A stretch of DNA of 64,000 nt from Setoptus koraiensis (Eukaryota; Animalia; Arthropoda). The notes below the pieces were generated by a model. It saw nothing but the letters and a program-made list of their open reading frames with translations. It had not been told where the DNA came from and ran no database searches. Numbering within the stretch: position 1 is the stretch's first letter; every line of letters starts with the position of its first letter. The position numbers were made by a program, and so were the translations under genes. The stretch spans positions 310,001 to 374,000 of the forward strand of contig CM106586.1 in assembly GCA_048013815.1 (NCBI GenBank). Reading direction: 5' to 3'. This document shows positions 11,681 through 22,587 of this stretch, in pieces.

Positions 11681-14600
11681 CTAGCGTGAGCATGACACTG
11701 TGTTAGTGGTGGCCTCGTCTAGATCTTTCAGGGGGTTAAGGTTGAACAACTCTACCAGAGCCTTAGACATCTTTCGCCGGCGCCACATGTCGATCACCCT
11801 TTGCATCTTGGCCCCTTGCCATGTTATTTTCGAGTATACGTAAGTAATAGTCCACGATCGTTGTGGAGATACCTCGTCTAACTCATGCAGGCGTTGGGTG
11901 TTTGACGCGACATGTTCAGCCAGGAGCTCGATAGCTTTGCTGTTATGTCGTTCTAGGTTTATTGTCTCATTTAGAGTGATGGCGAGGTCGGTGACGGCGT
12001 TATGTATCTCGTTGATGTCATCAGAATTAGCGTTAACGGCATCGATGACTCTGGAGTCTACCGTAGGCGCTGATCTGTACTGTATCAAGTCTGTCACAGC
12101 CTGCCTCTTAACTAAACGTACTAATTTTACTGGAGTAGGCACAAATTTGTCGTAGCGAGCCCTTCTCCCTGTACTTTCTGCAGCTGGGCACCACTCTTCT
12201 AGACGGTCTAAGATCTCCTGTTTGTATAGAGTGAAGCAACTTAATTTTAGCTTGTATGGCGTGAATAGTGTACCGTTTGGCATCGTATAAGCTAGAGCCT
12301 TGCATGGCATGTCTATTTTGCCAGTGATTTGCCAGGTTTTCGTACCGCGGGACACTATTTTCTTCGTGTCTCGCCATAAGACATCTCCTTCTTTCTGGAA
12401 TGCTGACATCGTCATAATTGGTAATGACAGCATTAATAGGAGCATGAGTAAGTATCTTACGATCGACGTATTAGCGTTACTAGTCGTGGTCGGGTCGTAG
12501 ATTAAGGTCTCGTTGCTGTCACTATCGTTGTCCCCCGAGTCTTTGTACTCTTTCAAACGATCGGCGTGGCACTTTAATATTGAGAATCTCGAATCTTTGT
12601 TGCCTTTTCTGCGATAGAGATCAAGATCCCGGCACTTGTATACGTTGTTGGGCATGAGTTCGATGATTTCAAAGGGTCCCTTGAAGATGGGCGTTAATTT
12701 GACGGCTCTAGCGAGCTTTGTTTCCATCAATACCCTGTCGCCTACCTTGAAGGTGGGTATTTTGACGTTGGCGTCAAATCTTTCTTTAGATTTAGCTTGG
12801 GTCTCTCGAGTGTTGATTAATGCGTCGCGTTGTGTCAGCGCTAATTTTTGCTGAAGGTTTTGAGCGTAAAGGTCTGTAATGCTAGTCCTGTTAATCATTT
12901 CTAATGCTATGTTAGGTTTGAAACCATATATTAGCTCGAATGGCGTGTACCCAGTTGTTTCGTGTCGCGTTGTATTGATAGCGTATGTGATAAGTGGTAA
13001 CGCGTCTGGCCAATCTTCTTCGTTTTTGCTGTTGTCAGCAATATATATAGCCAGTTTTTGAACAAGTGTACGGTTCACTCTCTCAACACAAGGGTTGCCT
13101 CTTGAGTGGTACGGGGTGCAGCGTACATGTTTTGTCTCAATTAGACGGCAAGTCTCAGTCACCGTTTTGCTGATCATTTCGCCTGCGTTGTCGACAAGTA
13201 TGTTTTTAGGAGGGCCGTGGCGACAGTAAATGTTGTTTACCACAAACTTAGCTACTACTTCTGCCACCCTCTGTGAACAAGGCATCGTTTCTAGTAGCTT
13301 GGAGAAATGATCGATAGCAACAAGTATTTGATTGTAACCCTCTTTAGATTGCTTAATTGGGCCGACAAAGTCTAATGCCCATAGCTCGAAAGGTTGTACC
13401 ACGTTGAATGGTGTTAGGTCGCCAAACTTCACGGGTGACTTTTTGAAGAGTTGGCAGCTGTGACAGGCTTCAACAAACTTTTTTGTATCACTGTCAATCG
13501 TAGGCCACCAGTAATCTTGTTTAATCTTATCCAGAGTGGCCTTATAACCACCATGGCCAGCCAGCGGAGTTCTGTGTGCTGAGCTCAGCATTTCTTCGCG
13601 GTGGCCTTCTGGAACATAGATTTTGTCGTCGTTGGAGTAGATGACGCCATTTACTATTTTGACGTTGCCGTTGCCATCGAGTGCGTCAGCGATTAAACCA
13701 CTTGCTTCATCGGTATCGTATGACTCGACCCATGCTTGTTCGTTAAATGGGACAATCATCCTGATAAAGTTTATTGGTAGCAGTGCTTCTTGTCTCCAAT
13801 CATTCTCATCGTTAATTGGAAGTCTAGACAGGCAGTCTACGTCGCAATGCTTTTTGCCACTTATGTATTTGATATCCAAATTAAACTCACTCAGCAATAT
13901 TGCCCAACGTGCGAGTCGGTTTGGCAGTGGCTTTTTAGTAACCATCGCGCAGAGAGCGCAGTGATCGACCCATACTGTCGTCCTTACGCCGAGTATGTAG
14001 GGTCTTAACTTTGTCACGCACCACACGAGTGCCAAGGCCTCTATTTCTGTGGCTGAATACCGTAGCTCACAGTCAGATAGTCTCCTGGAGACACAAGTTA
14101 CAATTTTGCCTTCTTGCAATATCATGCCAGCTATACCCGAGTATGACGCATCCGTCTTCAAGACTACTTCCTTTGCGTTATCAAAGGGTACAACTGCTGC
14201 CGTCAGCAGTTTGTTTAAGATGGTCGTGAAAGCTTGTTGTTGCTTGGGAGTCCATATGAACGTAGCGTTTTTCTTAGTTAACTCGGTGATAGGGCTGCAA
14301 ATGTTTGCAAAATTGAAGATGAATTTACGATAGTATGAGGCTGCGCCGAGAAAGCTTCTCGCTGTTTTCAAGTCGTGGGGTGGTGGTAGCTCTCTGATGG
14401 CTCTAACTTTGTCAGGGTCAGGCGATAAGCCTTCACGTGATACCAGATGGCCTAGAAATTTCAATTTAAACGTACCGAAGATACATTTACTAGGTTTAAT
14501 CGTGAGGTTTGCGTTTCTGAATGCCTGAAGCAGTTCGCCTAGTTGTTCCAAGTGACTTTTCCATGAGTTAGAAAATATGATGACGTCGTCGAGATATACT

Positions 14601-17113
14601 AATATCTCCGACGAGTTGAGTGGCGCGATTATCGTGTTCATTAATCGTTGAAACGTAGCGCCAGCGTTAACTAGGCCGAAGGGCATTCCGGTGAATTGAT
14701 AGTGCCCACTTCGACATCTGAATGCTGTGTATTCCTTAGACTCGTCACTGACGGGAACTTGCCAGTATCCAGAGTTAAGGTCTAGGCTGGAATAGTATCG
14801 TTTGCCAGACGTCTTGTCTAAAATCTCGTCGCACCGTGGCAATGGGTAACACCACGTCTTCGTTACCAAATTGAGTCGGCGATAATCTACGCAAAATCGT
14901 AGGCTGCCGTCGCGTTTCTTTACCATGACGTAGGCCGAGGCCCAACTGCTTTTGCTTGGCTCTATGACTCCAATTTTGAGCATTTCCTTGATCTGTTGTT
15001 CAACAGCTAGTTGTTCTTTTTCACTCTTACGTCGTAGCGGCTCGATGAATGGCTGAGCGCCTGGTAAGAGTTCTATCTTGTGCTTGTCGACGTTGGTATT
15101 GCCGAGTCGGCCGTTGATAGAGAACACGTCACAGTAAGCGTTAACTAGGTTTTTGATATCAGCGACTTGATCGTCGTTGAGCTCATCGCCCACTTCAATG
15201 GTTGTCAGGCCTTCGCGGGTCTCAGCGTCTACCAACATGCGTACCTCTTCGGGTATGGGTAGTTTCTCCCACCTAGCTATTGGGTGGCCTTCTTCGATGA
15301 GCACAGTCGCGGGTAGTGGGTTGAGGACCAGTACCTTTGTGTTACGTTCTACCGGTTTATCGATAGAATTGGCTATGAATATCTCGGAGCTTTTTGGGGC
15401 TAGACCGGATATTATGATTTCGTCCGAGACGTTTGCTATTGCATCGATCCACGCTTGGGATCGGGCTGGAACCAGAACTTTATTTTTGATTGTCACGGTA
15501 CCGTTCGTTGTCTGGTTGGATTCCTGTTCTTTCGTGTCGTTCCTCGAGGTTTTTGGCTTTGATTTCGCTTTTTGTGGTAAGGCGCCATCGTTATACCACA
15601 CTTCTCCAGATTCAAAGCAGATGTTGATTTTTAAGGCCTTAAGCAATTCGTGGCCGATTATCAATTCGCTGCCAAGGTTCTCTACTACGGGGAGGCTAAC
15701 TTTGATGATTTTAGACTCATTTCCTATGCGGAATCGTAGTGTAAGTTTGGTCGTACCTATTGTACGTAGGTGTCTATTTCCGGCCGCTTGGAATGAACGT
15801 TTAGCGCCGTTCGAAACTGTAAGGCCAAGTTCGTTGCATGCTTTAGAGTCTAGGACGGAGGCCGAAGCCCCTGAATCTAGTAAGGCTTGGATCAGTTTTT
15901 CGTTTAGATAGACAGGGTGATGGATGCAGGGGTCTGAGTCCACTGCTCTTATCACTTCGTGCTTCAATCGAACGATTGAAGGTTCGTCCTGAGCAGGTTC
16001 GTTCTCTTCGTGGACTTGTCGTACCTTGGGTCTTGTTTCGTTAGAGGCGTTGTTCGTGCCTCTTCTTTCGCGTCTCGGAGCTCTACAATCTTTCGAGATG
16101 TGTCCGTACTTGTTACAGTTGTAGCACTTGGGACCTTTCTTCTCTTGATTACGTTGAGCGTTATTATTGTTTGTACCGCGGTTGGAGTTAGGTTTTCGGG
16201 ACGGTACCCACTCGCGCTTCTTAAAAGAATTCTTCTCCGAAGAATTGCTAGCGTTGTTACGTTGATTGTCTTGCTTGCTGGGTCGTGAAGCGACAATTCC
16301 TGCTTCTACTTTCTCACATATTTCGAACAAGCTGCTAAACGTTTTTGGTGCAGTGTTCATCACTAAAGGCTTGTATGTCGGAAGTAATTTCCGTATGATC
16401 AAGTTAACCTTCGATTCTTCTGTGAGCTCAGGAGCTGCGTGACGAATCATGGCTTTAACTTCAGTGATGAACGAGCTTACTGGTTCATTTGTACGTTGCG
16501 TGCGGGATTCAAGACGTTCTTGAAGCTTCGATAATTGTTGCGCAGTGCAAAATTGTTTCTTGAATTCGCGTGTAACTGCTGACCATTGTGGTACCGCTAC
16601 TGGTTGGATGTTGTCCCAGTACCAGTCGAATGCTGCTTTCTCAAAGAATGCAGGTAGGTACGTAACCTTTAGCGGATCGGACCAGCGATTAATAGCCGCG
16701 CACATTTCGTACTCGGTGAACCAAATCATCGGGCATGGCTTATTGCCGTCGAAGGTACCAGGTTTGCGTATTGCTTTGGAGATATCGACTGGTTTAGGTT
16801 CGTTTGATTGACCTTCTTGATTTGCCATTATTTTGTAGTGACCGATGAGGTTATGTATTTGTCGTTCAACGTATTTCTTGTCGTCTATTGCTATGTTACT
16901 CGCACTAATTAGTCGTGTTAGTCTTGCGTGTATTAAATCTACTTGTTCACTTCTTGTTGTGTGTTGTGCCGGCGCCTGTTGTCTAGAACTATTATCACCT
17001 CTAGAGGTAGTAGTTGCGGACGTTGTTGTAGCGGAGGCTGTTGAAACGGACGTAGTTGTAGAAGTTGTTGTAGAAGTAGAAGCACTTTCACTTTTCTTAT
17101 CTTCGTTATTCAT
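11681..17113 (-). CDS. gag-pol: Ty3/gypsy-1 Gag-PR-RT-RNaseH-IN-Env(N) polyprotein, 1810 aa
   Basis: CCHC CYNCNKYGHISKDC; LLDSGA; YLDD; TDAS; HHCC + DDE integrase; GPF; then signal-like LLMLLLMLSLPIMTMSA, RLVKR site and heptad repeats. Confidence 0.95.
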   Translation of the reverse strand: MNNEDKKSESASTSTTTSTTTSVSTASATTTSATTTSRGDNSSRQQAPAQHTTRSEQVDLIHARLTRLISASNIAIDDKKYVERQIHNLIGHYKIMANQEGQSNEPKPVDISKAIRKPGTFDGNKPCPMIWFTEYEMCAAINRWSDPLKVTYLPAFFEKAAFDWYWDNIQPVAVPQWSAVTREFKKQFCTAQQLSKLQERLESRTQRTNEPVSSFITEVKAMIRHAAPELTEESKVNLIIRKLLPTYKPLVMNTAPKTFSSLFEICEKVEAGIVASRPSKQDNQRNNASNSSEKNSFKKREWVPSRKPNSNRGTNNNNAQRNQEKKGPKCYNCNKYGHISKDCRAPRRERRGTNNASNETRPKVRQVHEENEPAQDEPSIVRLKHEVIRAVDSDPCIHHPVYLNEKLIQALLDSGASASVLDSKACNELGLTVSNGAKRSFQAAGNRHLRTIGTTKLTLRFRIGNESKIIKVSLPVVENLGSELIIGHELLKALKINICFESGEVWYNDGALPQKAKSKPKTSRNDTKEQESNQTTNGTVTIKNKVLVPARSQAWIDAIANVSDEIIISGLAPKSSEIFIANSIDKPVERNTKVLVLNPLPATVLIEEGHPIARWEKLPIPEEVRMLVDAETREGLTTIEVGDELNDDQVADIKNLVNAYCDVFSINGRLGNTNVDKHKIELLPGAQPFIEPLRRKSEKEQLAVEQQIKEMLKIGVIEPSKSSWASAYVMVKKRDGSLRFCVDYRRLNLVTKTWCYPLPRCDEILDKTSGKRYYSSLDLNSGYWQVPVSDESKEYTAFRCRSGHYQFTGMPFGLVNAGATFQRLMNTIIAPLNSSEILVYLDDVIIFSNSWKSHLEQLGELLQAFRNANLTIKPSKCIFGTFKLKFLGHLVSREGLSPDPDKVRAIRELPPPHDLKTARSFLGAASYYRKFIFNFANICSPITELTKKNATFIWTPKQQQAFTTILNKLLTAAVVPFDNAKEVVLKTDASYSGIAGMILQEGKIVTCVSRRLSDCELRYSATEIEALALVWCVTKLRPYILGVRTTVWVDHCALCAMVTKKPLPNRLARWAILLSEFNLDIKYISGKKHCDVDCLSRLPINDENDWRQEALLPINFIRMIVPFNEQAWVESYDTDEASGLIADALDGNGNVKIVNGVIYSNDDKIYVPEGHREEMLSSAHRTPLAGHGGYKATLDKIKQDYWWPTIDSDTKKFVEACHSCQLFKKSPVKFGDLTPFNVVQPFELWALDFVGPIKQSKEGYNQILVAIDHFSKLLETMPCSQRVAEVVAKFVVNNIYCRHGPPKNILVDNAGEMISKTVTETCRLIETKHVRCTPYHSRGNPCVERVNRTLVQKLAIYIADNSKNEEDWPDALPLITYAINTTRHETTGYTPFELIYGFKPNIALEMINRTSITDLYAQNLQQKLALTQRDALINTRETQAKSKERFDANVKIPTFKVGDRVLMETKLARAVKLTPIFKGPFEIIELMPNNVYKCRDLDLYRRKGNKDSRFSILKCHADRLKEYKDSGDNDSDSNETLIYDPTTTSNANTSIVRYLLMLLLMLSLPIMTMSAFQKEGDVLWRDTKKIVSRGTKTWQITGKIDMPCKALAYTMPNGTLFTPYKLKLSCFTLYKQEILDRLEEWCPAAESTGRRARYDKFVPTPVKLVRLVKRQAVTDLIQYRSAPTVDSRVIDAVNANSDDINEIHNAVTDLAITLNETINLERHNSKAIELLAEHVASNTQRLHELDEVSPQRSWTITYVYSKITWQGAKMQRVIDMWRRRKMSKALVELFNLNPLKDLDEATTNTVSCSR

Positions 17114-17191
17114 TTAACTTTAGTTTCTACCGTTTGCTTATTATCTAATTCTTTGTTTGTAATGTAATCTAGTTATCGTTTAGAATTCGTA

Positions 17192-17205
17192 GGTTAGAAC
17201 CTCCA
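17192..17205 (-). promoter_or_regulatory. Primer-binding site, probably tRNA-Gln (TGGAGGTTCT)
   Basis: Directly follows LTR end ...TTCATAACA on minus strand; same motif at 37191-37200 and 57679. Confidence 0.7.
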
Positions 17206-17244
17206 TGTTATGAAATAAAGGTAGAAACGGCGGGTTTGTATATA
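17206..17244 (-). repeat. U5 end of gypsy-1 5' LTR (interrupted by gypsy-2)
   Basis: Ends ...TAACA next to the PBS; continues at 22800 after TATA duplication. Confidence 0.7.
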
Positions 17245-17539
17245 TTTAGAGGCAGCTGTAGCAGCAGCAGCAACAACAAGCAACAACAGCCAATAGACTA
17301 CAATGAAGACTCTACAGAGTGGCCTTAAAGTCACTCTGTAGAGTCCCCCAAACGCTTGTAACAGGCTCCACTACAGCCTCTACTCCTCAATAGAGGAGCT
17401 GCAGTGGAGCCTGCGACCCACCTAGGGTCTGCCCTTGGCAGTGCTGCACCTTCCCCTATATAAGGGGGCAGCACTGCCAATCTGAATCAGTATCGTTTGT
17501 GAATTCATAAAATAAACATCATAGATATCATTTATTACA
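17245..17539 (+). repeat. Gypsy-2 5' LTR (295 bp)
   Basis: TATATAAG box, TCAGT initiator-like motif, AATAAA; three long internal inverted repeats. Confidence 0.9.
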
Positions 17540-17942
17540 TTCAACCAGTAGGATCTGAATTGTCTCTAGCACACAGCGCGTGAGCTCACGCGCAGGCACA
17601 CAAGCACCTCGCACACAAACACATCGCACACAAACACAAAGTCCACAAACACATGAAGTAGTACACAAACACAAGTACACAAACACTTCTCGCGCAAGCA
17701 CACAACTTGTGATTCACAAGCGCCCGCTAGAGGGCCAACACGATCGCACTGAGCACTCACCAAGTGCGATAGTACACACAATTCAGCACCATATTTCAAT
17801 GGTGTTGTACACCAAGTGACCATTAAGAATAGACACACTATTCTAAAACATCAATAGTTATATTCTGCCATTATCAAGACAGTGTTCAACCAAATTGCAA
17901 CACACACAACACAGTTTGACAAACAAACTCCAATACACAGCA

Positions 17943-18878
17943 ATGGCAGGATCAAACAAATCAACAAAGTCAAGAAGATCAAACAAAGGCAAAAAGACCA
18001 ACCAAGCAACCGAACCAAAAACAGTTCGCGACAGTAGCGCACATTCATCGCTATCCAGAGCAACCGCTCCCACTCAACATCCTGACATGGCGCACCAAGG
18101 CCTAGCGATGAATTACCAGGACTACTATAGAAGACCAATCCTGAAGATTGGACCAGTCTTCGAAGGTCCTAAGGGTGCCTTAGCTCCAACAGCATGGATC
18201 AAACAATACAAGATCCATGCAAAGTGGATGAACTGGTCTGAAGAGGACAAGATCGAGGCAATAGGGATGCACCTATCAGGAGTAGCCCTTAAATGGTACT
18301 CGAGCACTATCCTCGAAGTTCGAGACTTGGACAGCCTCTACTGGGAGGAGTTTGAAGAGTCGTTCCTGGAGAGGTTCGACCACAAAACTGAAAGTCCATT
18401 GGATAAATGGCTGGACTATACACTAGAGAAGTCCAACGACGTAGCCACGTACTTTAACGAAAAAGTACACTTAGGCAACCTCGCCAAACAAAACCTGGAA
18501 AACCAAATCTCTGGTTTAACTCGCGGGATGCCATCCCGATATCGAATGGCTTTTGCAACTGGTGGCCGCATATCCTCAATCAATGCCTGGCTGTCAATGG
18601 CCCAAAAGCTGGAGTCTGCTTATGGCAAGCCAGACAGGGCACCAGTCGGCAAGCCATTCAACCCAATGAAACGGGATGGCAACAACAACACTAAACCGGA
18701 AGTTAGCCGAGCCAGCACTCCGAGAGTCCAATGCCAGATTTGTGCCAAACAAGGCAAGCCAAATCAAATGCACTGGCATAGCAACTGCCCGAATAAGCTC
18801 GTTGGCAGAGTTAATGTCGCCGAGGATCTCGAACAGGAAGAGATCCAGGGAAAAGAGGAAAGCAGCCTAGACAACTAA
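17943..18878 (+). CDS. gag: Gypsy-2 Gag
   Basis: Retrotransposon gag-like W/F pattern (WIKQYKIHAKWMNW...LSGVALKWY); variant knuckle CQICAKQGKPNQMHWHSNC. Confidence 0.85.
   Translation: MAGSNKSTKSRRSNKGKKTNQATEPKTVRDSSAHSSLSRATAPTQHPDMAHQGLAMNYQDYYRRPILKIGPVFEGPKGALAPTAWIKQYKIHAKWMNWSEEDKIEAIGMHLSGVALKWYSSTILEVRDLDSLYWEEFEESFLERFDHKTESPLDKWLDYTLEKSNDVATYFNEKVHLGNLAKQNLENQISGLTRGMPSRYRMAFATGGRISSINAWLSMAQKLESAYGKPDRAPVGKPFNPMKRDGNNNTKPEVSRASTPRVQCQICAKQGKPNQMHWHSNCPNKLVGRVNVAEDLEQEEIQGKEESSLDN
18848..18854 (+). promoter_or_regulatory. -1 ribosomal frameshift heptamer G_GGA_AAA
   Basis: In gag phase (cag gga aaa); pol frame is -1 and open through this point. Confidence 0.7.
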
Positions 18879-21859
18879 TTTACTTACCTGGACGACTAGG
18901 AACTTACAATGTCAAAGTGCTCCTCGACCCCGGAGCAAACATAACATGCATTGATGAGGACTTAGTCAGGAGATTGAAACTAATTGTTCAGAAACACAAG
19001 ATACCAATAAAACAATTAACTTCAACCACTCATAGTCTAGGCTGCGTCAACATATTACTCACCATAGGTAAGATCACACACGAGATAGAGGCTCATGTCC
19101 TCAGAGATCAGCACCACGATCTCATCCTGGGACTAGAAGAAGGAGCTCTATACAAACTCAAACTAAACCTACATCGAAGACAGGTAAAACAGAACGGTCA
19201 AATACTCCACGAGTGCAATAACCGAACCACACAAGTTGGAACTCCCAAGGAGTCAAAACCAACTCACCAACAAACACCCAAACAGGCTCGATGCCTCAAC
19301 ACTCAAGCGCAAATCACTCCAACAGAGCAGGTCACCTTACGAAGTGTCCTAGAAAGATACAATCAATCCTTGGATCAACGAGATCCATCAATATTGTATA
19401 CTGTCCCAAATATTCAGCACAGTCTGCTCCTCACCACTGACATTCCAGTGTCAAGTTGCCCACATCGGCTCTCAATGGATAAGAGGCTAAAGATCAACAC
19501 CATGATCCAGGAGTTGATGGATGAAGGTAAGATCCAAAGATCAGCGTCGCCCTATGCCTCACCTGCTTTCCTTGTAGGAAAGAAGGACGGCAGCTCAAGA
19601 ATGGTCATTGATTACAGAAAACTCAATGATGTCACAGTTGTCGAACCATACCCGATACCACGTATGGACGATCTCTTGGATGGTATGCGAACGCCACGGG
19701 TATTCTCCGTCATTGACCTGAAAGGAGCCTATCACCACATCCGAATGTGTCCGGACGACATCTCTAAAACAGCCTTCGTCACCGCGGATGGGCATTATGA
19801 ATGGCTGGTCATGCCTTTCGGGCTGAAGAATGCCCCAGCCACATTCGCACGATACATGAACCATTTCCTTAGGCAGTATCAACTCAAAAACACCGTAATT
19901 TACTTCGATGACATACTCATCGCAACACACGATCTGGAGAGCCATCTCAAGGCACTAGAAGATCTCTTCTCAGCTTTGGCCAAGGAAAACCTTACAGTCA
20001 ACACCGACAAATGCCATTTCTTGAAGGAATCAGTTGATTATCTAGGTGTCACTCTCAGCAAGGAAGGAATCAAAACACAAGACCAGAAGGTTCAGTCCAT
20101 AAGCGAGATGGCATACCCTAGAAACAAGCATGAAGTGCAACGGTTCCTAGGAATGGTCAACTTCTATCATAAATTCATACCCAATTACGCCTTCCATGCA
20201 ATTCCACTTTACAACCTGCTCAAGAAAGAGGTAACTTGGCAGTGGTCAGATGCTTGTCAGCTATCAGTAGACAAACTGAAGCAACTTCTCATCCAGGGAG
20301 AAGCACTCGTTCCCTTTGTTCGTGGAAGAACAACCATCCTCTACACCGACGCCTCAGGAGTAGGCATAGGAGCCGTATTGAAACAAGTAGTAGAATCACA
20401 AGAAAGACCAGTGAGCTTCTACTCAAAAAGATTGTCATCGGCACAGCAGAGGTACACAACATCGGAACAGGAAGCACTTGCCATAGTTCAAGCCATCCAA
20501 CATTGGAATTATTACCTCGATGGACACAAGTTCATCATCAGAACAGACCACAAACCCTTAACTTGGCTCCAATCAATCACCAACAAGAATAGAAGGTTGT
20601 TCAATTGGTCGATAAAGCTCTCCGTCTATGACTATCAGGTAGAATACCTGCCTGGTGAAACAAACATCGAGGCTGACGCCTTATCAAGAGCACCAATTGT
20701 CAACCTGGTCACATTACAGGAAGTCCGCAATGCCATCCAAAACTCAGAAGATCCAACTCCCATGAACACTTACGAAGAAGATGGGATCATTTACGTAGAA
20801 GTAGATGGTAAGCGTAAGTTGTTCGTCCCAGAATCTCTGAGAAGGACTCTGGTAATGGAGGCGCATAAGCGATTCGGGCATTTAGGAATCAAATCCACCA
20901 AGAATATCATCCAGCTTAAGTACCACTGGCCTCAGATTAACTCCGACATCCACCACTTCCTGGGAGGTTGTGACACTTGTGCCAGGTGCAAGAACTACTC
21001 ACGACCCAGGAAAGGTGAAATGGGACACATGCCCATACCAAGACAACCAATGGAGTTACTATCAATGGACACGGTCAGTGGATTCCGAAACTACGGATCA
21101 CTAAAAACTAACTTGACCGTGATAGTAGATCATGCAACCAGATACGCCTGGACCTTTGCATCAAAGGACATAAAGGATGATCAAGCAATCAATTGTGTCA
21201 GACAAGTCATGCAAGCGATGGGACCAATCAAGACACTCTTGACAGACCGATATCCGGCGTACTTCAGCAGGAGATTTGACAGATTTCTATCACATCACAA
21301 TGTAGAACACAAGTTCACCACCCCTTACCACCCCTCAGGCCAACGGCGTGTGTGAAAGGATTAATAGAACAATCACCAACAAATTAAGATGTTTGAAAAC
21401 GACAATCCACGAGCATCATGGATCAAGTTGCTCAAGGTGGCAACTTCACAATACAACAACACCATACACACCGCGACCAAGTATCCACCAAGTTACTTAA
21501 TGTTCGGCAGATCAACAGATCGGTACATAAATGAAAACAATGAGTTTCCGCCATTAGAACAAGCACGCAATGAAGCGTTGACAAACATTCAGCAACTTCA
21601 TGAGAACAACAAATCAAGATATGATAAACATCAACTTCCAGTGGACATATCAGTTGGTGATCTCGTGTTCACCAAGAGGCCCCAGCAGCTGAATCGGAAG
21701 AAGTTGGATAACCCATTCGATGGGCCTTGGCAAGTTCTCAGCCAGATATCACCAACAGTGTTTGAGATTGCTAAGCGCGACAAACAAAACAACCAACCAA
21801 CAACTTATTTCCACAGCACAATGCTGAAGAAGGCATCAGTGAATGAGATCGATATGTAA
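18848..21859 (+). pseudogene. pol: Gypsy-2 Pol (PR-RT-RH-IN); integrase broken by compensating +1/-1 indels at ~21335-21385
   Basis: LLDPGA, YFDD, TDAS, HHCC, DDE, GPW; ORFs 18917-21355 and 21389-21859 share a frame. Confidence 0.9.
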
Positions 21860-22065
21860 ATATGAAAGCAAACAGCGCCCCTAGTGGAAGAGTTGATAAC
21901 TGTACAAACCTTGTAAAGTGAACACGCGCGAGGATGCCTCTAGTGGAGAAAACGTGAAGCAAGCTCAAACATACATTTAGAGCCGCGAGAACTGGCGCGC
22001 GAATAGATAACTTGCAATCAGCAGTAATAAGCAGCAATCATAGCTCATTAACATTTTACAGTAAG

Positions 22066-22587
22066 ATGGCCAACAACAATTTAAATAATAATATGGAAGA
22101 GCCATGGTGGCTACACAACAACCGCCACAACCAGAACGGCGAGTATTCGCAATTTTTAGGCATGTTGCCACCGGCCACCACCATGTTTGGCGATGATTAT
22201 ATCGCAAACCGGAGAGCCTTGGGCGAGGTGTGGGGTCCAGTAGGTCCGTACCGGGACACTCCGCTCTCCCCGGACAACCGAGTCCTATCGGGTCAGGACA
22301 CGCCGACCCAACAGGAGGCATTAGCCATATTAGCCTGGCTGGCTGAGGAGCCCCCGGCATGGCCGGAATATGTGCCATCTCCGGCACCGGCCAGTGAGGC
22401 CGCGGACGACGACGAAGACGCCGACGAAGACGACCAAGAGGATTCTTCTCCCCCGGAATCACCAATTATTGTGGTTGGGTGTCCACCTCCGGAGGGGGAG
22501 GAATTTAGAGGCAGCTGTAGCAGCAGCAGCAACAACAAGCAACAACAGCCAATAGACTACAATGAAGACTCTACAGAGTGGCCTTAA
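22066..22587 (+). CDS. Gypsy-2 ORF3, 173 aa, acidic/Pro-rich, overlaps 3' LTR
   Basis: ATG at 22066 within ORF-track 22012-22587; reads through the PPT and 84 nt into U3; no TM or signal peptide. Confidence 0.55.
   Translation: MANNNLNNNMEEPWWLHNNRHNQNGEYSQFLGMLPPATTMFGDDYIANRRALGEVWGPVGPYRDTPLSPDNRVLSGQDTPTQQEALAILAWLAEEPPAWPEYVPSPAPASEAADDDEDADEDDQEDSSPPESPIIVVGCPPPEGEEFRGSCSSSSNNKQQQPIDYNEDSTEWP

Noticed and set aside
11672-11692. Shared context TCA-NNC-TAG-GCA-NNN-AAC at the gypsy-1 env stop and gypsy-4 gag stop as a read-through motif
   Set aside because: Only two instances. The env homologue has a sense residue here, so a nonsense mutation is simpler.
15177-15911. Antisense ORFs over gypsy pol (15177-15911, 24925-25617) and R1 ORF2 (42712-43230)
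   Set aside because: Short shadow ORFs of at most 244 aa, typical of codon bias, with stops on both sides. Unlike the 1184-codon frame, they show no positional logic.
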